Shown in pieces: positions 11,668-25,739 of a stretch of DNA of 64,000 bases. Both the position numbers and the translations under genes were made by a program. The notes beneath the pieces are model-generated. The model did no database searches. It saw nothing but the letters and a program-made list of their open reading frames with translations, and was not told the DNA's origin. The stretch is from the NCBI RefSeq assembly GCF_052425735.1, contig NC_135760.1, positions 8,990,001-9,054,000 of the forward strand, read 5' to 3'. The DNA is from Oculina patagonica (Eukaryota). Numbering within the stretch: position 1 is the stretch's first letter; the number at the start of each line of letters is the position of its first letter.

Positions 11668-14600
11668 ATGAGCTGCCGTGTTTATTTGGGAAGACTGCCG
11701 TACGGCACGAGGGAACGCGACGTCGACAAATTCTTCCGCGGCTACGGAAAACTGCGAGAAATCAACTTAAAGAACGGATATGGATTTGTGGTAAGGTGTT
11801 TCAATCTGCTTTGTTCGCTTTTTTACTGGTTTAAAATCAGTGGATAGTGTTTTTTTATCAGGAAAATGACAGTTCTGGAGGGAGAGCACATGGTCGAAAA
11901 GCTTCATGAATAAATTATGTTGATTTTGGTCATTGAATGACAGGACGTAACAAATCGATAATTCCGATACTCGATAAAAATCAATAAAAATCGATAAACA
12001 TCGATAAGTAATTAACTAATTAGTATCGAAAATCGATCAAAATCGATGACCCAATTCTTTGTGATTATCGATTTTGATCGATTTCACTAATTAAAGTTCG
12101 ATTAGTATCGATTGCGTTCGAAAAGTATCGATTGTGTTCGATTAGTATCGATTTCAAACGATTTGTATCGATTTCGATCAGACTATTGGAGAAGAAAAGC
12201 TACCGTTTTTTTGTGTGTGTGTTCAATCAATCCTGAAGTGTGACACTGAAAGAAATGCAGTCGCTTAGCCTACAAGTTTTGCTAACGGCCAGTCAGGTCA
12301 GTTCGGCAACGTTTATTTTCGAACGAAGAATAAAACATGGTCAATCTTATAAAACAAAGAATATCAGAATATGTCATGAGTACACGCGACGTAACCTACG
12401 ACGTTCGTCAGCGACACAATTTATAGACGAAACAACCGGTTAAATACCCGCAAACGATTCCATTTTACACTTCATATTAATTACGTTTGTTTGAACAATC
12501 TTTTATTTACAATGATCAGATCACAGGAACCGATCAGATCACTTTCAGACTTGACGTTAATTACTACAGTACCGCTCGCAAATAAGCGTCCCAAAACATA
12601 CGCGAAAAACGCGTATGCTTTTGCACATATGCGCATATGCGTATCTGCGTATATGCGTCTGCGTATGTGTGTATACGCGTATGCTCATCAGTATGTATGA
12701 GCAAGCTTATTGTTTTTTCTTTTGTCCATAGTTTATTGTTCTTTCGATGGCTTGCTATTTCTTCTTTTAGAGATCGCCGATTTATGCAAAATAGAAACGG
12801 AGAAATAACTTTTTCGTTACTTGACTTACCGGCCTTACCTTTATGATAAATGTTGACGGCGCATCATATAAACTCTAATAGAACTTAGTTTCTACTCATT
12901 GGAATCACTTTTCCAGTTTGAATCGCCCATTTACGCCAAATAGAACCAGAGATATTTTTTTCGCTTCTAAGCCGTGTCGCTTCAATAGGCAATTAATTCA
13001 TAAACAGTCTCGCCGGCGCGTGCGACCCTTGTGAAGAGACCAAAAGTTTATGTTGTAAGAAATGTTAAAAAACAAGATCAATGTTGACGGCGCATCATAA
13101 ACTCTAAACTCTAAACTCAAGTCGGCAAACGAAACATTCCACATGAAAAACATCGGAGCCGTAAAGCCTTCCCGTGAATATTAAATTGAAAGGCAGACTT
13201 GTGACGCGCCATCGCGTCTAGCTTGAAATGAACTTGTTTTATTTTTTTGTGAATTTAGCATAAAATTCCCAGAACCTAAATTCTTCTTGAATGAAACTTG
13301 TCTTTATTACTAACACAGATAACGGCATCAATTGTTATTACAGCTTTAGAGGAGTTAAACAAATTTTGCTTTTTTAAAGCGGCCCAGCTAAAAAGAGTCC
13401 AAAAGTTGGCAAAATTTGCATATGTCAAAAGTAATTTGAAACCTTTCGAATAAACTCCATCGTAAATAAATGTAACACAACGCCGCACGCAAGTATCCGA
13501 TTTAGATTCTTTCATACACATTTAACTGCGTTTTTCTAAAGAAAACTAAATGACAGATTGAACTTTAAGGTTTAATATTTGCGTCTTAAGTCATAACACA
13601 AACAATTCGTACGCGTGACATTACACACGTGCTTCATGTTTTGTCGGAAGATTGCCTGATCGCAGGTTATGTTTGTCCTGATTCGGCGGAACCGAGCTAA
13701 CTCCAACTCGGTTTCTTCTTAAAGTTAAGAAGAAGAACACTAAAGAAACTTCCTCGTCTTTAACCTGATGTGGTCAAAGAGTCGAAAATATGCAACAGTT
13801 ATTTTACATCTGCAGCGAATTCTGCTTTCGATGTCAGCGAGATATTTCCGTGAATGTTTCGGAAACGCACTGTTTTATACCATTATGAACTTGGAACTTT
13901 CGGTAAGTAATAAAGATTTTATCATTCGATCGACCAACGCTGTTTTATAATTTTCTCGCAAAGAAACTTTATTTGTTTTCTCCAACAATACAACACAATG
14001 AGAACCAAGAGCAATGAATAACAAAGAACTGCGTATGTGCTTACGCTTCATTGCATAAGCGCGTCTGCGTATGTGCGTCTGCGTATGTGCGTATAAGGTG
14101 CGTATACGATGGACGCTTATTTCTGAGCGGTACTGTATCTTCATTGTGTTTTATATCTCAATAACAGTAACTTCGTGTGATTATCGATTTTGATCGATTT
14201 TCGATACTAATTAGTTAATCATTTATCGAAAAATATCGACTAATATCGATTTATCGATTAGGTTTCCGATGATCAATTTCGATCGATTTGTTACGTCCTG
14301 GTATCAAGCAATTACTAGAGGTGGTTGAGCATGTTAAATTTTAGCAAAATTAGCTGTATAGTATACTACAGTACCGCCCGAAACTACTTACCCATTTGCC
14401 GCGGTTATACCTCGGTCAAACTGCAGATTGATACTGCATTCTTGCCTCGGCATAGACGCGGCGTGCCGCGAAAAATCGCCGGTTTTACCGGGGTTTTTTG
14501 CGGTAAGCAATACCGCGGTAAACGGTTAGACGCGGTAGAGTTGAATAGGCTTATTTACCTTTTGTTTAGAGTTCATTAAGAACAACAGGCAAGATTTCAC

Positions 14601-17600
14601 GCTTTCACGCTTCGATGATATATCGCACATCTCTCAAATCCAAAGAAACCACCGCTTCAAAGCAGAAATGCAAATACATGTAGCCGGAACGTGACTTTTG
14701 AGTTCTTTAAACGTTTAAATGGTCTTAAATGAGCAAAACATCTTTTAGAATAATGTTAGAGCTGCATCGCCACTAGTAAACAAATGTTTCGTGTTCATGT
14801 CGTACATAACATGAGTCGGATCAAAGACATGCTGCCCATTGCGCGCGTAGACTGATCTTGGAACTTGTCATGAATGAGTTGCATCGTCTTTAAGCAATAT
14901 TTTAATAAATAGTTTCTTTGGGTTTTGTTCGTCTGCAACGCAGGCTGTGGTTCAGTGTGAGCACTTTTTTCTTCGCTATAATTTTCACACAACACGGCGG
15001 CACGTGCTGCCGGTTCGGAAGCGACGAGCGACGTAAAAATTATATTCGTTCGCCTTCTTTGATTTCCTCGGGCTTCTTTCCATAGTACTTTCAGTTTGGA
15101 CTCAACGAAACTTTCCGTCGATATTCTCGCTATAACACAGTTACTTTTCACAGCTCTTAGTAAACAAACTCTGAACAGGAGCTGGAGCATGCGTTTAGAA
15201 TGTTGACATTACATGTAGTCGGCTGTCAAAAAGTTATGCAAATTTCTCTTGAAATTTGACCCGTGCATCGGAGAAGTGAATTTTCCTTTCGACACCGCTT
15301 AGTTCGTCTACAACGCAGGCTACACCGCTTAGGAACGCTTCTCCTCGGGTTATTCTTTACCTTCGAAGCAAAAAAAACGAGAACTTTCGTTCACGTATTA
15401 AAACAAGATTTCTCAGCCTAGATTCTTTCGGCACGCTCCGAGACTTGTTTGCTAACTGATTGTCAATTGTCGATATTATTGTCGGTGGCGTCACGGCGTA
15501 GTGATAAAATGATAACTCCGGTTTTATTCGGCGTAAATCGGTCATTTAAACGGTGAAATGATCTCTATAGGGAGAAACAATGTTCTATGAAAGTTTTTAT
15601 GATGCGTTTTGGACATTTATTAACTTTTTTGCAAGATACAGATTCTGTGTTTAGAACTCGCCGGAGAGTCTCGTTTGCTGAAATGTCCTTTGTTATGTAC
15701 CCGGGTTTTGTCGAGTCACGGCAAGTTAAGTAGCGAAAATAATGATATCTCTAGTTCTGTCCGGCCTTATTCGATGATTTAAACAGTGAAATGATTTCTG
15801 TAGGTAGAATTTATGTTCTGTGAAGTCGTGAACATTTTTGCAAGTTCAAGTTTCGCTCTGGCGAGCGCCGGCGGCTTGTCTGCTGATTGCCAATTGTAAA
15901 CATTATATCTCTGGTTCTATTTGGCGTAAATCGGTTATTAAAACGGTCAAACTACACTGAAACTAGCAATATGAACATAGTTAGTAGAAGAAAAGGTGTT
16001 TTATCGAAGTTTCTATGAACATTTTATCACTTTTTGCAAGATAAAGTTTTGGTCTGAGCGGTACTGTATCCGTAGTTGAGAAGTAGTTCCGTCGACGGAT
16101 TGTTAAACTTGAATGAATTACTTTTCACGACTTGAGGGAATTAAACCGAAAACAATGGCTTGACATTCCCTATCAGTAACTATTGTTTCTTCACCGCGGT
16201 ATAATGCGTCTTGCTTACCGCGGCGTTCGGTCACGTTCGTCCAAGACGAGGTTGAGCTTTCTGCGGCACCGCGGCGGATTCGCGGCACAACCGCGCGGCA
16301 AGGACGAGGTTTCACTGCGTGCTAATGGGTAAGTGGTTTCGGGCGGTACTGTATATGTTTACGCTGAGCTATGTATTTTCTAGGAATTTGAAGACTCGAG
16401 AGATGCTGACGATGCTGTTTATGAATGCAATGGAAAAGAGATGATGGGAGAAAGGTGAGCATTCAATTGCAGAAATGAAAATTTGAACTGCTTGAAAAGA
16501 ACCATTCTTCTTTAAATGCACAAAGTAAATACTTATGTCTGTAATTCATTATAAAACTGTACTACGCAGGGTGAGACAAAAATAAAAAAGGCAGCTTGCC
16601 CTTCGGGCAAGCTGTTATTTTATCTTACTAGCCCAAAGCTCTGAGAAGCTAGCCCGAAGGTAATTTGCATAATTAATTATATGCAAATTTAAAATTGTTC
16701 TTCGTTTGGAGACAATAAATACATAAATATTCAAAAAGAAAAAGAAAATAATCTTACCACAAGAATTAAAACAAACACATAACGATTTTGTGGCAACTAA
16801 CTTTGTAGTTTAATGTAGAGGATTGCAAATATGAAGGATCCTGAAGGATACATTTCAAGAGACATAATTCATATGCATACATGACGTACCCAATGCCTGC
16901 AATGCATTTTGGGGCATTTTCAAAAACGGTCAGCCATTTGCAAGTTTTACGAAGTGATGGAGTACTTTACGGCAAAGCAATACCATGGATTGGAGAACTA
17001 TGACTTCTTTTCTTATTGTGAATGCTTTAGAAGCAAAGATCTTCCAATATAATTTTCTGGAAAGACACAATTCCTCAGAAAATGGCGGTTACTCATCTTA
17101 TCAGAGAGAAATATAGTCACCACGTTCAAGTTGGCGACTATAAAACCAGGAGTTTTTGTCTCCAAGGATGCATTGAGTCACATTTTCGAGCCCCAAATTT
17201 TTCCCTCTAGTCTAATTTGTCTGATGCACATTTATTTTTGAAGGTTGTCATAAAAAAAACAATGTTTCTTGCCCGTGTGTTGCTTGTCCGTTGGGCAACT
17301 CGTGATCAGAATATACTAGCCCGACAGATATTTCCACTAGCCCCGGGCTATCGGACAGCACTTTTGTCACGCCCTGCTACAATTTCCTGTTGAGTGAGAC
17401 GCGAACAAAGTTTGGTGACGAGGTTTCAACATAACAACGGCATAATTTATCACAGCATTTCTCCCCCACGAACGTCTGCTCAACTGAGCTGCCACTTCCG
17501 TTCACTGGTGTTTAGCCAATCATGGCTCGTCTTCCAATGTCTGGTAAGTGGGACTTTGACTTTAATGCTCCAAAAGCTCAAGTGACAAAACGCTCGATCA

Positions 17601-20600
17601 AAATAGTGCAGGAAACATAAGCTTTACGCATTATACAGCACAGAAATCTCAAACAAACCTGTAGCTTTCTCATAAATATGTCACAGATATTCATCCGTGA
17701 TAAGATGTAACGCATCTGACGCCGTCACAGATATTTAAATGCAAGTAATCAATAGCTCACGCAAAGTTTAGACCTTGCCCTTCAGAACGAAAATTTTGAG
17801 TGCTTTAGACATGTCTTTTAAACAGAAATGAGCCAAAACAAACTGCTCAGGCAAAACACAAAGCAAATTACAGATTGCTAAAATCTACAAACAGGAAACA
17901 AGCAGACCCTCACAGACTTGCGGCTCTATTCAACTTCAAACGCCTGCTAGAAATACAGCATATAGTGCCTTTCAAAAACAAGTAATAATTAAGAAAAAAT
18001 AAGTCGGAAAACGAAAGAGAACGGCAAATGTCGCGAATGTTTATAGTCGTGTAACCTAACGACGTGAATCGTTTTGCGGAAATTGCCCCGCGGGTGAGCC
18101 GCGTCTGTCGAGTTCCATAGACGGATGCTGATTGCCGGCGAACGGAAGTGGCAGCTCGGTTGAGCAGACGTTCGTGGGGGAGAAACGCGTGCAAGCCCAA
18201 AGAACGTCTGCGTAGGAGGCTAGCCACCAACCAACTCTCCACCAAAACTGTGTGTATTCCTCATTCTTTTATCCATGAGCCGAGGTGACTTTGTTTGGTG
18301 ACAAGGTGACCAGCATTTGTAGCTGCAAATGTATGTAACTGTATAAGAAATTCCCTAAGTTTTGTTTAAAGCCTGCACTTAATTGAGTTCTTACTTGTTT
18401 CAGAATTCTTGTTGAACATTCTCGTGGGACAGCCAGAGGCTTCAGTGGTGGTCGCAAGTCAAGGGCCAGGGATAAGTAAGTGCAATAAAATTTAAGACAT
18501 AGTTTTGTTCTACTGCTTGTTTATCATTTTTTTATTACGCTTCATCAGTACGGTCAGATCTCAGTTACACGAGGGTTTGACTGAATAGAGTTCCCCCCCC
18601 CCACCCGTTTTCAGATAACGCAATTCTTAGCAGCAATAGTGATATTTGGATAGGCAAAATTTTGTCTGTTACACCCCCCCCCCCCTCCCACCACCTTCCA
18701 TCAAACAAGGACATGGTTCTCCTTAGTGCTATTTAAACAGGAATTTCAACTCAATATATGATTGTGCAAAGCGTTCTTTTGTCAAAATTAATACAAACAA
18801 GTAAAGGTTTTTGTTGTTTGTCTCAATTTTAGGTATGGCCCTCCTGTAAGAACGCCATGGCGAATCACTGTTGAAAACTTATCAACACGCATCAGTTGGC
18901 AGGTTAGTTGGGGATAAGGGAAGTCACTTTCTTATTACAAACTGTTTTGTTATCTCAGTGAGCCAGTAAAAACAGCTCACTACATTAATCAACTTGAATC
19001 ATTTGAGTTAATTAGAGCACAAAAGAGCACATAATTAAATTAAAAAGAGCTTAGTTGGTGAAGGGTTTTTTACGTGCATGTAAGAGTAAAATTGATTTTA
19101 TTTTTATTTCATTTGTAAAAAGTGTTTGTAAAAAAATGATTCAGTTGCTGTTAACTTGAATTACAGAACAGTGTAGTTCTCTTTTCATTAGTTCTTATTG
19201 TAAAATTAACTTTTCACATGTAAATTGTGCAGTCAGAGTTCTTGGGGTTTTGCTGTATTTTTTTTCCAGCTCCCTAGCTCTGCTCGAGTTTTTTTTTCTA
19301 TGGGAGAATTGTATGTTTGAACCATTCTTATTTAGAAGAAATCTTGGAACGTGCAAAAAAACCCTTTAAGTATGGTTTGATAAGTATTCACTGGATTGCC
19401 TTCAAATATTTTCAGTTGCAAGACGCACTTATCATGAGGGTTGATGTGAGGGTAGTCACAGATGCTTAGATGATTCAAACTAGAAGCGTTCCCCTCTGAT
19501 GGATGAGTGGTTTTGATGCTCAGATGCCATCAGAAGTCAATACATACAGTCATGACGAGACAAGTTTTCACAAAGGCATGACGCAAAAACACTTCTTGGC
19601 CAATGACGATTGACGCGTGCGCCCCTGTGCATCGTAAATCAAAGATGCTGGACCCCTCTGAGATTTGAACTGTAGTATTTAAATTTTTCACAGTAAAACA
19701 CTGTATGGTGACCCTGTTAATTCTTGATGACTGGTTGGGAAAAGCAGAATTTTAGTCTTTGATGCGGATGTTGTGTTACAACATAAATATTTGTTAAAAT
19801 GAAAGTTAAACCAAGTTATAAAGTAAGGCCAAGTTGTTTGCACTGCTCTGATTGTAAAGAAAGCAAAAGTTCCCTGGTCAATTTTGGCAGCTTTGCAATT
19901 AAATAAGACAAGTTAATAATGCAATTGAGTGGCAGCAGGAAGTAAGCCTTTAGAATGGACTGCATTGTTTAACGAACTGGAACTGTTATTATTAGGACCT
20001 GAAAGATTATGCACGCCAAGCTGGAGAGGTGACGTATGGAGATGCTCACAAACAACGGCAGGGTGAAGGGTAAGTTCTTCTCGCATAAAGTAATGACAAG
20101 ATAAGTTTACCACCATCATTCTGCACAACTATAATAGTGTATATACCGTAGTTATTCGATTAAGCACCCTAGGTGCTTATTTAATTTTTGGCACCTGAGG
20201 TTGGTTGCTTATTCGAGACTGGGCGCTTATTAAATTTTTACCATTTTTAGCAAGTAGTAAGTTTATTGTGAGACAAAACAGTGAATACCGTATTTATTCG
20301 GCTATAAGCCGAGCGATTTTTTCACCAAATTTTACTGAAAACTGGTCAAAACTCAACGAAATTGGGGGTTCGGCTTATAGCCGAGTATTTCGCCGAAAAA
20401 ATAATTCGATGGTACTAGAAAAGAGTTGAATTTGAATAAAATATTCATCTATAAGCCGAGCGATCATCGACAAAGAAAATTAACAAGCATTTGTAATTAA
20501 TTCTTGTTCATTACCTTTTATTTAAGTGGCGGCTCCTAAAAGCCATTTGGTTTAGTGAAGCAACGTTAAGAATGAAGTTTAAATAGGTCTTTTCTTCGCT

Positions 20601-23600
20601 ATTTAGGCTGGAACTACTGTGGCCGTCCATCGGGTCGCTCTGGAATATTTTTTGTCGGCGTACGTGATCGTCTTTTGAACGATCGAGAGTATGCGAAATC
20701 CTGCATGTATTGAACAACGCAATCTCTTCCACAATTAAATTTTCTTCATGAGCTTGTTTCTGTTCCTTCAGCTTTTAAAAAGTTTTAGGCAGAATCGCCG
20801 CTAACGTGACACTTCAAGAGAAGAAAGATTTGATTGTTTTGACTTGCTTTGGCGACGTCAGAAACTGACCAATCAGAAGCTGCTGTTCCCACGCGTTTGG
20901 TAAACATTGTAACACGATCTGACAGACGGCGGCTGGATGTAATATTTTTGTTCAAAACTTAAAACTTTTACATGTAATACCGCGACTTCTTTGCTAAGAG
21001 AAACCACTTCAGAAGAGTTTGATTTGATTCAGAATACTCGACAAATACCAGGAACAACACAGCGTTTCGTTTTGATGACATCCAAAGTTCACCCGCTTGA
21101 TCTGTTCGCTGGCGACTTGCGAATTGCAACGAACTGAAGATTCATCCTGTATTGTCTTGCGATTTTGCAGTTGTTTTGAACGGTCTCTACCTCTGCAACA
21201 ACTTTCAATGTGAAGGTTTAGTTGTTTGAAAACTAGTAGCTTTTGGCATGATGATCGATAACCGCTTAATTCTCAGAAGAATGCGTGATTGTTTGAGATG
21301 GGATTCTAAACTCAGGTAAATTTGTTGTCACGCGTATGTACGGTTCTAAACAAATTCATCTTTTATTAGTTTCTTTTGTTGTTTTTTTCAATTGCATACA
21401 TGTAGTTGCGATTTTACAAATATGTTGATTTGCTGCACGTGGATTGTTTTATGGTTTGAAGGAAAATTTGGGTCTCGGCTTATAGCCGAGTGTTTTGGGT
21501 TTATTTTTTGTCAGAGTCGAACTGGTTCTGAAAACCAAACGTTTAGGGTCTCGGCTCATAGCCGGGGTCGGCTTATAGCCGAATAAATACGGTAATAATA
21601 AAACGTGAAGACGAACAAAAGCAAAACGTTAACTGATCATTGAAAGTTTTTGTAAAATACTTAGAAAACTCGATCTTCGAAGAAGTCTCTATGTAATACT
21701 AAGTCAATTTTCAATTGCAATTTCAATAATCAATACTCCCCTTGTGCACTTCAGGGTTTTTTGAGGGAGGTGGGGTTGAGCGCTTATTCGAGGCTGGGCC
21801 CTTATTAACTTTTCCTACCTTCATGGTGGGCGCTTAATCGAATAAAAACGGGGATGTACATCCATGGAGAAAGGCACTGTACAGTGTGAATAAAATATAA
21901 GGACAGATCAATGTTCTAATCAAAATTTGTTTTCTGGTCACAGTCGCCTGATTTGAAGCAGGCTTTTAGCCAGGTGGTAGTCCAGGAGTCCTATGGACGA
22001 CCACTTTTCAGAGAAAATTTATAAGAATAACTGTATACAGAGGTTTCTTTGGCAAATTTGGAAATTTTTAGTTACCTTTGCACTTATAACTGCAGAAAAA
22101 CACCTTGCATGCTCATCAGGCCCTCCTATGGGGAGGAATCATGCCTCGAAAATATTTTGGACTCCCACTTTTTAAATCCTGGCTAAATGCCTGGTTTGAA
22201 GTAAAGTGAAGGCGAGAGGAATCAAATTTTCTTACAGTCTGTTGCATCTGTAAAATGAGCGCAAACATGTTCAAGTGTGAAGGGCTGTCAGTCTCAGACA
22301 ACATTTTTCACAAGCGCTCACCAAAATGAACTGTCGACTGTAAATTATGTGAAAACTATGTTGTTTGTGCTGTATGTATGTATGTATGTATGTATGTATG
22401 TATGTATTTTATTTATTTATTTATTTTAGTTTTTTCATTGATTCTAATAAGAAATTGGTTTGATTTTATACAGCACCTTAGAATTTGCTAATAAGAGAGA
22501 CTTGAAAAATGCACTCAGAAAACTGGATGGCACTGAGTTGAATGGAAAGCGCATCAAGCTTATTGACGTAAGTGTAGCCATGTAATCTCTGTTAGATACA
22601 GTATTTAACTTGCTGTCTTTTTTAAGCGATGACGTAATCGCTTATTGCCATGGCACGACGGGCTCTTTTAGTCTGTCGCGATCGCACAGAAATCAAAATA
22701 CTCCCGTGCAGTTAAAATGGAACACTACAATGTATAAACGAAGGAAATAAATTATAAATGATGGGATCTATTAGATTTAGTAGACAGAAATTTCTAATTC
22801 TTATAATATAAAGGGCCGCTGTGAGCAAGAGACCGTTTGACCTTTCTTTAAAAGCTAGTGCGTATCGTATGTCGTTCATCAGATGTCACACTATAATATA
22901 ACGCAATCTCTGTTGAGACAACGTAGGGAAATCTAAAAAAATTTAGAATATAAAATAAAATATAACTGTTGTTCAATTGAGCAAATCTACAAAGAAAATG
23001 TATTAATTGCATCTTTTTCCTGTGAATTTATAAGTACTGTATTTATTTAAATTCAATCAGATCCTAACTATGCTATGCTATTTATACAATCACTTACATT
23101 GTTTCTTATGTTTGAAAAATGTAAGCTGCAGTTGGATAACAGTCTTTTTCACGCACAAGGTGTCAGCTTCTTTTATTTACGATACGTTTTTGACAAAATT
23201 TCCTCATAATTATGTAAGACCCCTTGTGAAACGTCATCGCTTCTGCATGCATTGCGTGCCATTTATTTTTTTAGACTGCCTATAATAACAGTTTCTGTAT
23301 TTTAAATGTAGTGGGAAACATTCAATCCAACTCCCAAATTCATGCACTCTCGGTCTCCAGGAAACTATTTTACAGTCTATATTGTATATATTGTATCTTA
23401 TTGACCAACGCAAAGGTCATACCAGGAAAATTTCAGACCCAGATCATCACAATACAGATCAAAGACAGTGAGGTCTGTGCAGAAAAAAACGAAGGGCTGA
23501 TAATCTTCCAGTATGATATCAATCAAAAATTAAAAAAAGAAAAAAATGCATAAAGAAAGATCGATAAAAAGCTGTAGAAACTTTCCGTGGTCGTATACTT

Positions 23601-24074
23601 GAGCCTTCTAACAGACTGATTTCAGTTTTTTGCCCTATTAGCCATTTTAATCCTGTAATAATTATGTGTTCTTATGTCATTATTTTTTTTTACTATCCAC
23701 AGGAAAGCCCAAGATCTCGATCACGTTCTCATTCTCGATCAAGGAGCCGATCTAGATCTAAAAACCGATCTCGTTCCAGGTCTCGTTCTCATTCACGATC
23801 ACGCCACCAGCGCTCTAGATCACGATCACGCAGCAGATCACGATCTCACTCACCACGACGCAACAGATCACACTCCAAGTCGCCCAGGCATTCCAGATCC
23901 AAGTCCCGTTCCAAGTCACGATCTCGATCAAAATCCCCGCAGAAGTCCCGGTCTCGATCACGCTCGCGTTCTGCATCTCGATCACCAAGAAATGAGAAAG
24001 CTGGGTCTGCTGAGCCAGAAGCAGATGAAAATCAGAATCACAATTCAGCAGATGGTGACAATGAGATGCAGTAA
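11668..24074 (+). CDS. SRSF4/5/6: Serine/arginine-rich splicing factor, SRSF4/5/6 (B52/SRp55) family, 7 exons, 291 aa
   Basis: Exons 11668-11790, 16384-16454, 18404-18475, 18833-18902, 19996-20069, 22474-22567, 23703-24074 total 876 nt in frame. RRM1 [10 protein letters not shown]...[21 protein letters not shown], linker KYGPPVRT, pseudo-RRM [16 protein letters not shown]-terminal RS domain. Confidence 0.96.
11941..14300. mobile_element. Non-autonomous TIR element (hAT-like) with ATCGAT-rich subterminal arrays
   Basis: TIR CAGGACGTAACAAATCGAT / ATCGATTTGTTACGTCCTG; dense ATCGAT repeats at 11950-12180 and 14180-14290. No TSD found. Confidence 0.75.
12567..14135. mobile_element. Tc1/mariner-type non-autonomous element nested in 11941-14300
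   Basis: TA TSD; TIR CAGTACCGCTCGCAAATAAGCGTCC / GGACGCTTATTTCTGAGCGGTACTG; GCGTAT subterminal repeats. Confidence 0.85.
14369..16351. mobile_element. Tc1/mariner-type non-autonomous element
   Basis: TA TSD; TIR CAGTACCGCCCGAAACTACTTACCCATT / AATGGGTAAGTGGTTTCGGGCGGTACTG; CCGCGG subterminal motifs; about three degenerate ~200-230-bp internal repeats at 15450-16050. Confidence 0.85.
16567..17376. mobile_element. hAT-like non-autonomous element
   Basis: TIR CAGGGTGAGACAAAA / TTTTGTCACGCCCTG; subterminal TTGCCC/CTAGCCC motifs, related to 50808-51021. TSD not clear. Confidence 0.65.
20146..21851. mobile_element. Tc1/mariner (CCGTA-ended) MITE split by a nested element
   Basis: TIR CCGTAGTTATTCGATTAAGCACCC / GGGCGCTTAATCGAATAAAAACGG. 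Confidence 0.7.
20288..21592. mobile_element. Tc1/mariner-type non-autonomous element (nested)
   Basis: Perfect TIR CCGTATTTATTCGGCTATAAGCCGA / TCGGCTTATAGCCGAATAAATACGG with TA TSD. Confidence 0.88.
21959..22193. mobile_element. hAT MITE
   Basis: TIR CAGGCTTTTAGCCAGG / CCTGGCTAAATGCCTG; 8-bp TSD ATTTGAAG / GTTTGAAG. Confidence 0.8.
22372..22425. repeat. (TATG)n microsatellite followed by (TTTA)n
   Basis: About 8 TATG units read directly. Confidence 0.9.
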
Positions 24075-25739
24075 ACTGAGCAGTCAGCAGGCTTTCTTAA
24101 CCTTTGAAAGAACTCTTGTATAGAGATACTGAATTATTGAGGCCACATAAAAGATTTAACTGTCAAGTTTTTTTCTTGTGAGACACCTTAGGATTTTGAT
24201 CATGCTACTGTATTTATGTTCATGTGTGAGACACTGGCTTAATTGCATTGATAGCTTGTCCTGTTACTTTTAAGGCTGTTACACTGCATGTGTTTTTTTA
24301 GACTATTTTGCTGAAAGCTTTGTTTTGTAAATCCCAATATCCGAGTAATAATTAAACAGGATTTTTATGTGTCACGTTTAGTTGATAATGCGATTTGTTC
24401 AAATCAAATTGCCCAGTTGTCATTCACCAATTTCAGGATACTGGAAAGGCTTACTGCTTTCAATGTGTTTGCACTGGGTCTTATATAAATATCTCACGAG
24501 CTAATCCACTCAACTAGCCCTGAGAAAAACGAGGGTCGCCGCATTGTTTTCGGTTACTTCTCAGCATGGTGCCAGTTTTCCATTATCCATTATTTACGCT
24601 CTTGTGAAGAGAGAGGCACTTTGAGATTAAGTGTCTTGCCCAAGAACACAACCCAGTGATCTACCAAGGGTGTAACCCAGACGGCCCAATCCAGATTCCA
24701 ACTATTGAGTTCTCAGCTGTGATTTGGTTGGTCACACAATGCTTCTCCCCGAGAGCTGCGTGACGACCCGAATAACGCTGCAAAGGATACTAACAATCAG
24801 GGCACCCAACTGATATAGACAAAATGATTACAGAACATGTTATTTTGGAGAAAGTTTATTTCTCTATAATTCAAAAACTTGAACAATTGAGCTTCTAATT
24901 GACTGTCCAAATGTTTTCCTTGCATGTTGTCCATTACAGCCATCAATAAGTGGAACGTATATTTGAAGCTTTGCACACCTTAATGATATTTTATTACCAT
25001 CTAAAATATATTATGGGCAATAATTTATAGGGATAAATATTCTTTTTTAAATAAATACTGAGTTTTCATATAAATATTATAATCTTTCATGTTACATATA
25101 ATATGAAAAGATATTGAATTGACATTTGGAAGCTTGCAATTTGCTAAGAAACTTGTGAAAGACAGGTAGTTATCTCGGACAACAAGGAACTGTCGCAGAA
25201 TGATGCAATAGTATAGTATTGGTGGTGGGGAGTATGTAAAGCATTCTGCGATAGGCATTTGTCAAATTGGTGATTTAAGGGGCCATCGTCCCCTCCCCTC
25301 CCCCGCCATTGCTCAGTCCCAGTTTTGTCTGGGAAGTTAATTTGTCGTAGGAAGTCTCAACCTTTTTCGTCAGTGCAGGTAATAGCACTTTGACGCTTTA
25401 GTTTACAGCCCCCCTCCCTCATCTAAGTTGTGACGCCAACCAGCTGCTATGGCCATGGACCGTTGTCTCTTAATTTCCTGGATCTGCCCTTACTTGGTGA
25501 TAGCCATTTGATAAGTTCATGTCACAAATCTACTGCAGGGCACGCTTTATGCCACTTTAGCTTCTTGTCACGTTAACTTGTGTCACGCATTTTTCATGCG
25601 ACACGGTACGTCACACCGTTCTTTGCCGAGGCTTATTCTTGATAATAAATCCTTGGCAGGTCCTAAGGCAAATAGTGGCTGCACTGCTACTGTAACCAGA
25701 AGCCTCTAATGGGTTTCTGCTGTAACTGCGCGGTGTCTG

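Noticed and set aside
22623-23285. Possible TIR element AAGCGATGACGT...ACGTCATCGCTT in SRSF intron 6
   Set aside because: A 12-bp inverted match is present, but boundaries and TSD could not be resolved, so it is not listed as a feature.
23674-24123. 149-aa Asp/His-rich ORF
   Set aside because: It is the +1 frame shadow of the SRSF RS-domain exon.
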